Source of the DNA: Macrostomum lignano
Taxonomy: Eukaryota
Assembly: GCA_002269645.1 (NCBI GenBank)
Contig: NIVC01002151.1
Location: forward strand, 1 to 64,000
DNA: 64,000 bases
Direction of reading: 5' to 3'
Program-made: the position numbers and the translations under genes
The notes under the pieces: model-generated
The model's input: the letters and a program-made list of their open reading frames with translations, nothing else
What the model was told of the DNA's origin: nothing
Database searches by the model: none
In this document: positions 62,020 through 64,000 of the stretch, piece by piece
Position numbering within the stretch: the stretch's first letter is position 1
Layout: every line of letters starts with the position of its first letter

Positions 62020-62605
62020 TTATGAATTGAATTTGTTAACAGCTGACTAGACAGATTACTTTTTTATGGCATTAAATTGAAATTTCGGAATGTGCCGCTC
62101 GGGCGCAGGCAGATGTGAAAAAGCTCTCAAAACCCATCTGAATGCAGTAAATTTTGCAATCCAAAAAAGAATTCTTTCATAAATTAATAAAAAATTTTAA
62201 TTTTGTCATTGCTTTCCAATGTTTTAGCTCCTTTTCCGGGTCCGCACCAACCCGGTTATTGCTTCCAACAAAGACAATACCAACTTTTGAAGCTTTGTTG
62301 CATCAATAAAAAGCAAAAAGATTAAAAAAGTTCCTCACGAAAAACTTTGAAACGAAACTCCGATGGGAGCAAAAAAAGTGAAAGTCCAACCAATGAGGCA
62401 GATTCAAACAGATTTTGCCCAGACTGAATGCGACATTGAACTCCGGGGAGGCACCAGGGCGCCCTGAGCTGTCATTGGCTGAAGATTGCGGTCATAAAAG
62501 CTGAAATCAATCAGTTTGTTTCTTGCGCCCACAGAATCTCTGCTGCTTAAAGAGAGCCTTCGTTGGACTGATTCGTAAGTTGCAATTTGATTACAAAATG
62601 GTTTT

Positions 62606-63758
<1,153 letters not shown>

Positions 63759-64000
63759 GAGACAATGCTCGCAGTTCGCAGCAGCAGTAGTCACAATATA
63801 TTTCCTAATGCCTGCAGCAGAAATGCTTTCCTCTGGAAGAGAGAGCCAGCAGTAGCAAAAACCCGCATGTTTTCACTGCCCAGCAGCAGCCCAGCAGGGA
63901 TAACTTGAGAACAAGCGAGCTTCACAATGCTGGATGTATATACATAATTAATGCTACATTGTCCAGGCAAATTCAACTCAAAATCTTCATTCATATCCAT

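Noticed and set aside
63791-64000. Minus-strand 69-aa ORF at the window edge
   Set aside because: No recognisable homology and no splice partner that I could establish within the window.

Overview
Eukaryotic (animal) genomic DNA, extremely rich in mini/microsatellites. Most long ORFs in the supplied track are translations of tandem repeats, not genes. Splicing the arrays out at GT-AG junctions gives three genes. (1) The 3' part of a myosin VIIa gene (+, 904-6323; SH3-MyTH4-FERM), with four 1-bp deletions in its first exon that look like long-read errors. (2) A complete 10-exon anosmin-1/KAL1 homologue (+, 13334-48660, 831 aa; signal peptide, Cys box, WAP, 4 FN3, hydrophobic GPI-like tail). 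(3) A 5-exon gene on the minus strand (59584-51612, ~782 aa) for a polytopic membrane protein I cannot assign to a family. Anosmin intron 1 (20 kb) holds an inverted pair of tRNA-derived CORE-like SINEs, a ~6.8-kb tandem duplication with a templated junction, and an array whose unit alternates between a 5'-splice-site-like motif and a poly(A) signal. The most striking pattern is that every intron longer than ~490 nt contains tandem arrays, mostly a different unit in each. Several arrays run to within a few nt of the splice sites or stop codon, and removing them leaves 15-95 nt in many introns, comparable to the array-free 76-80 nt introns. This suggests introns inflated in place by local tandem amplification. 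The style recalls the flatworm Macrostomum, but that is inference only. All coordinates were derived by eye; no alignments or database searches were run.
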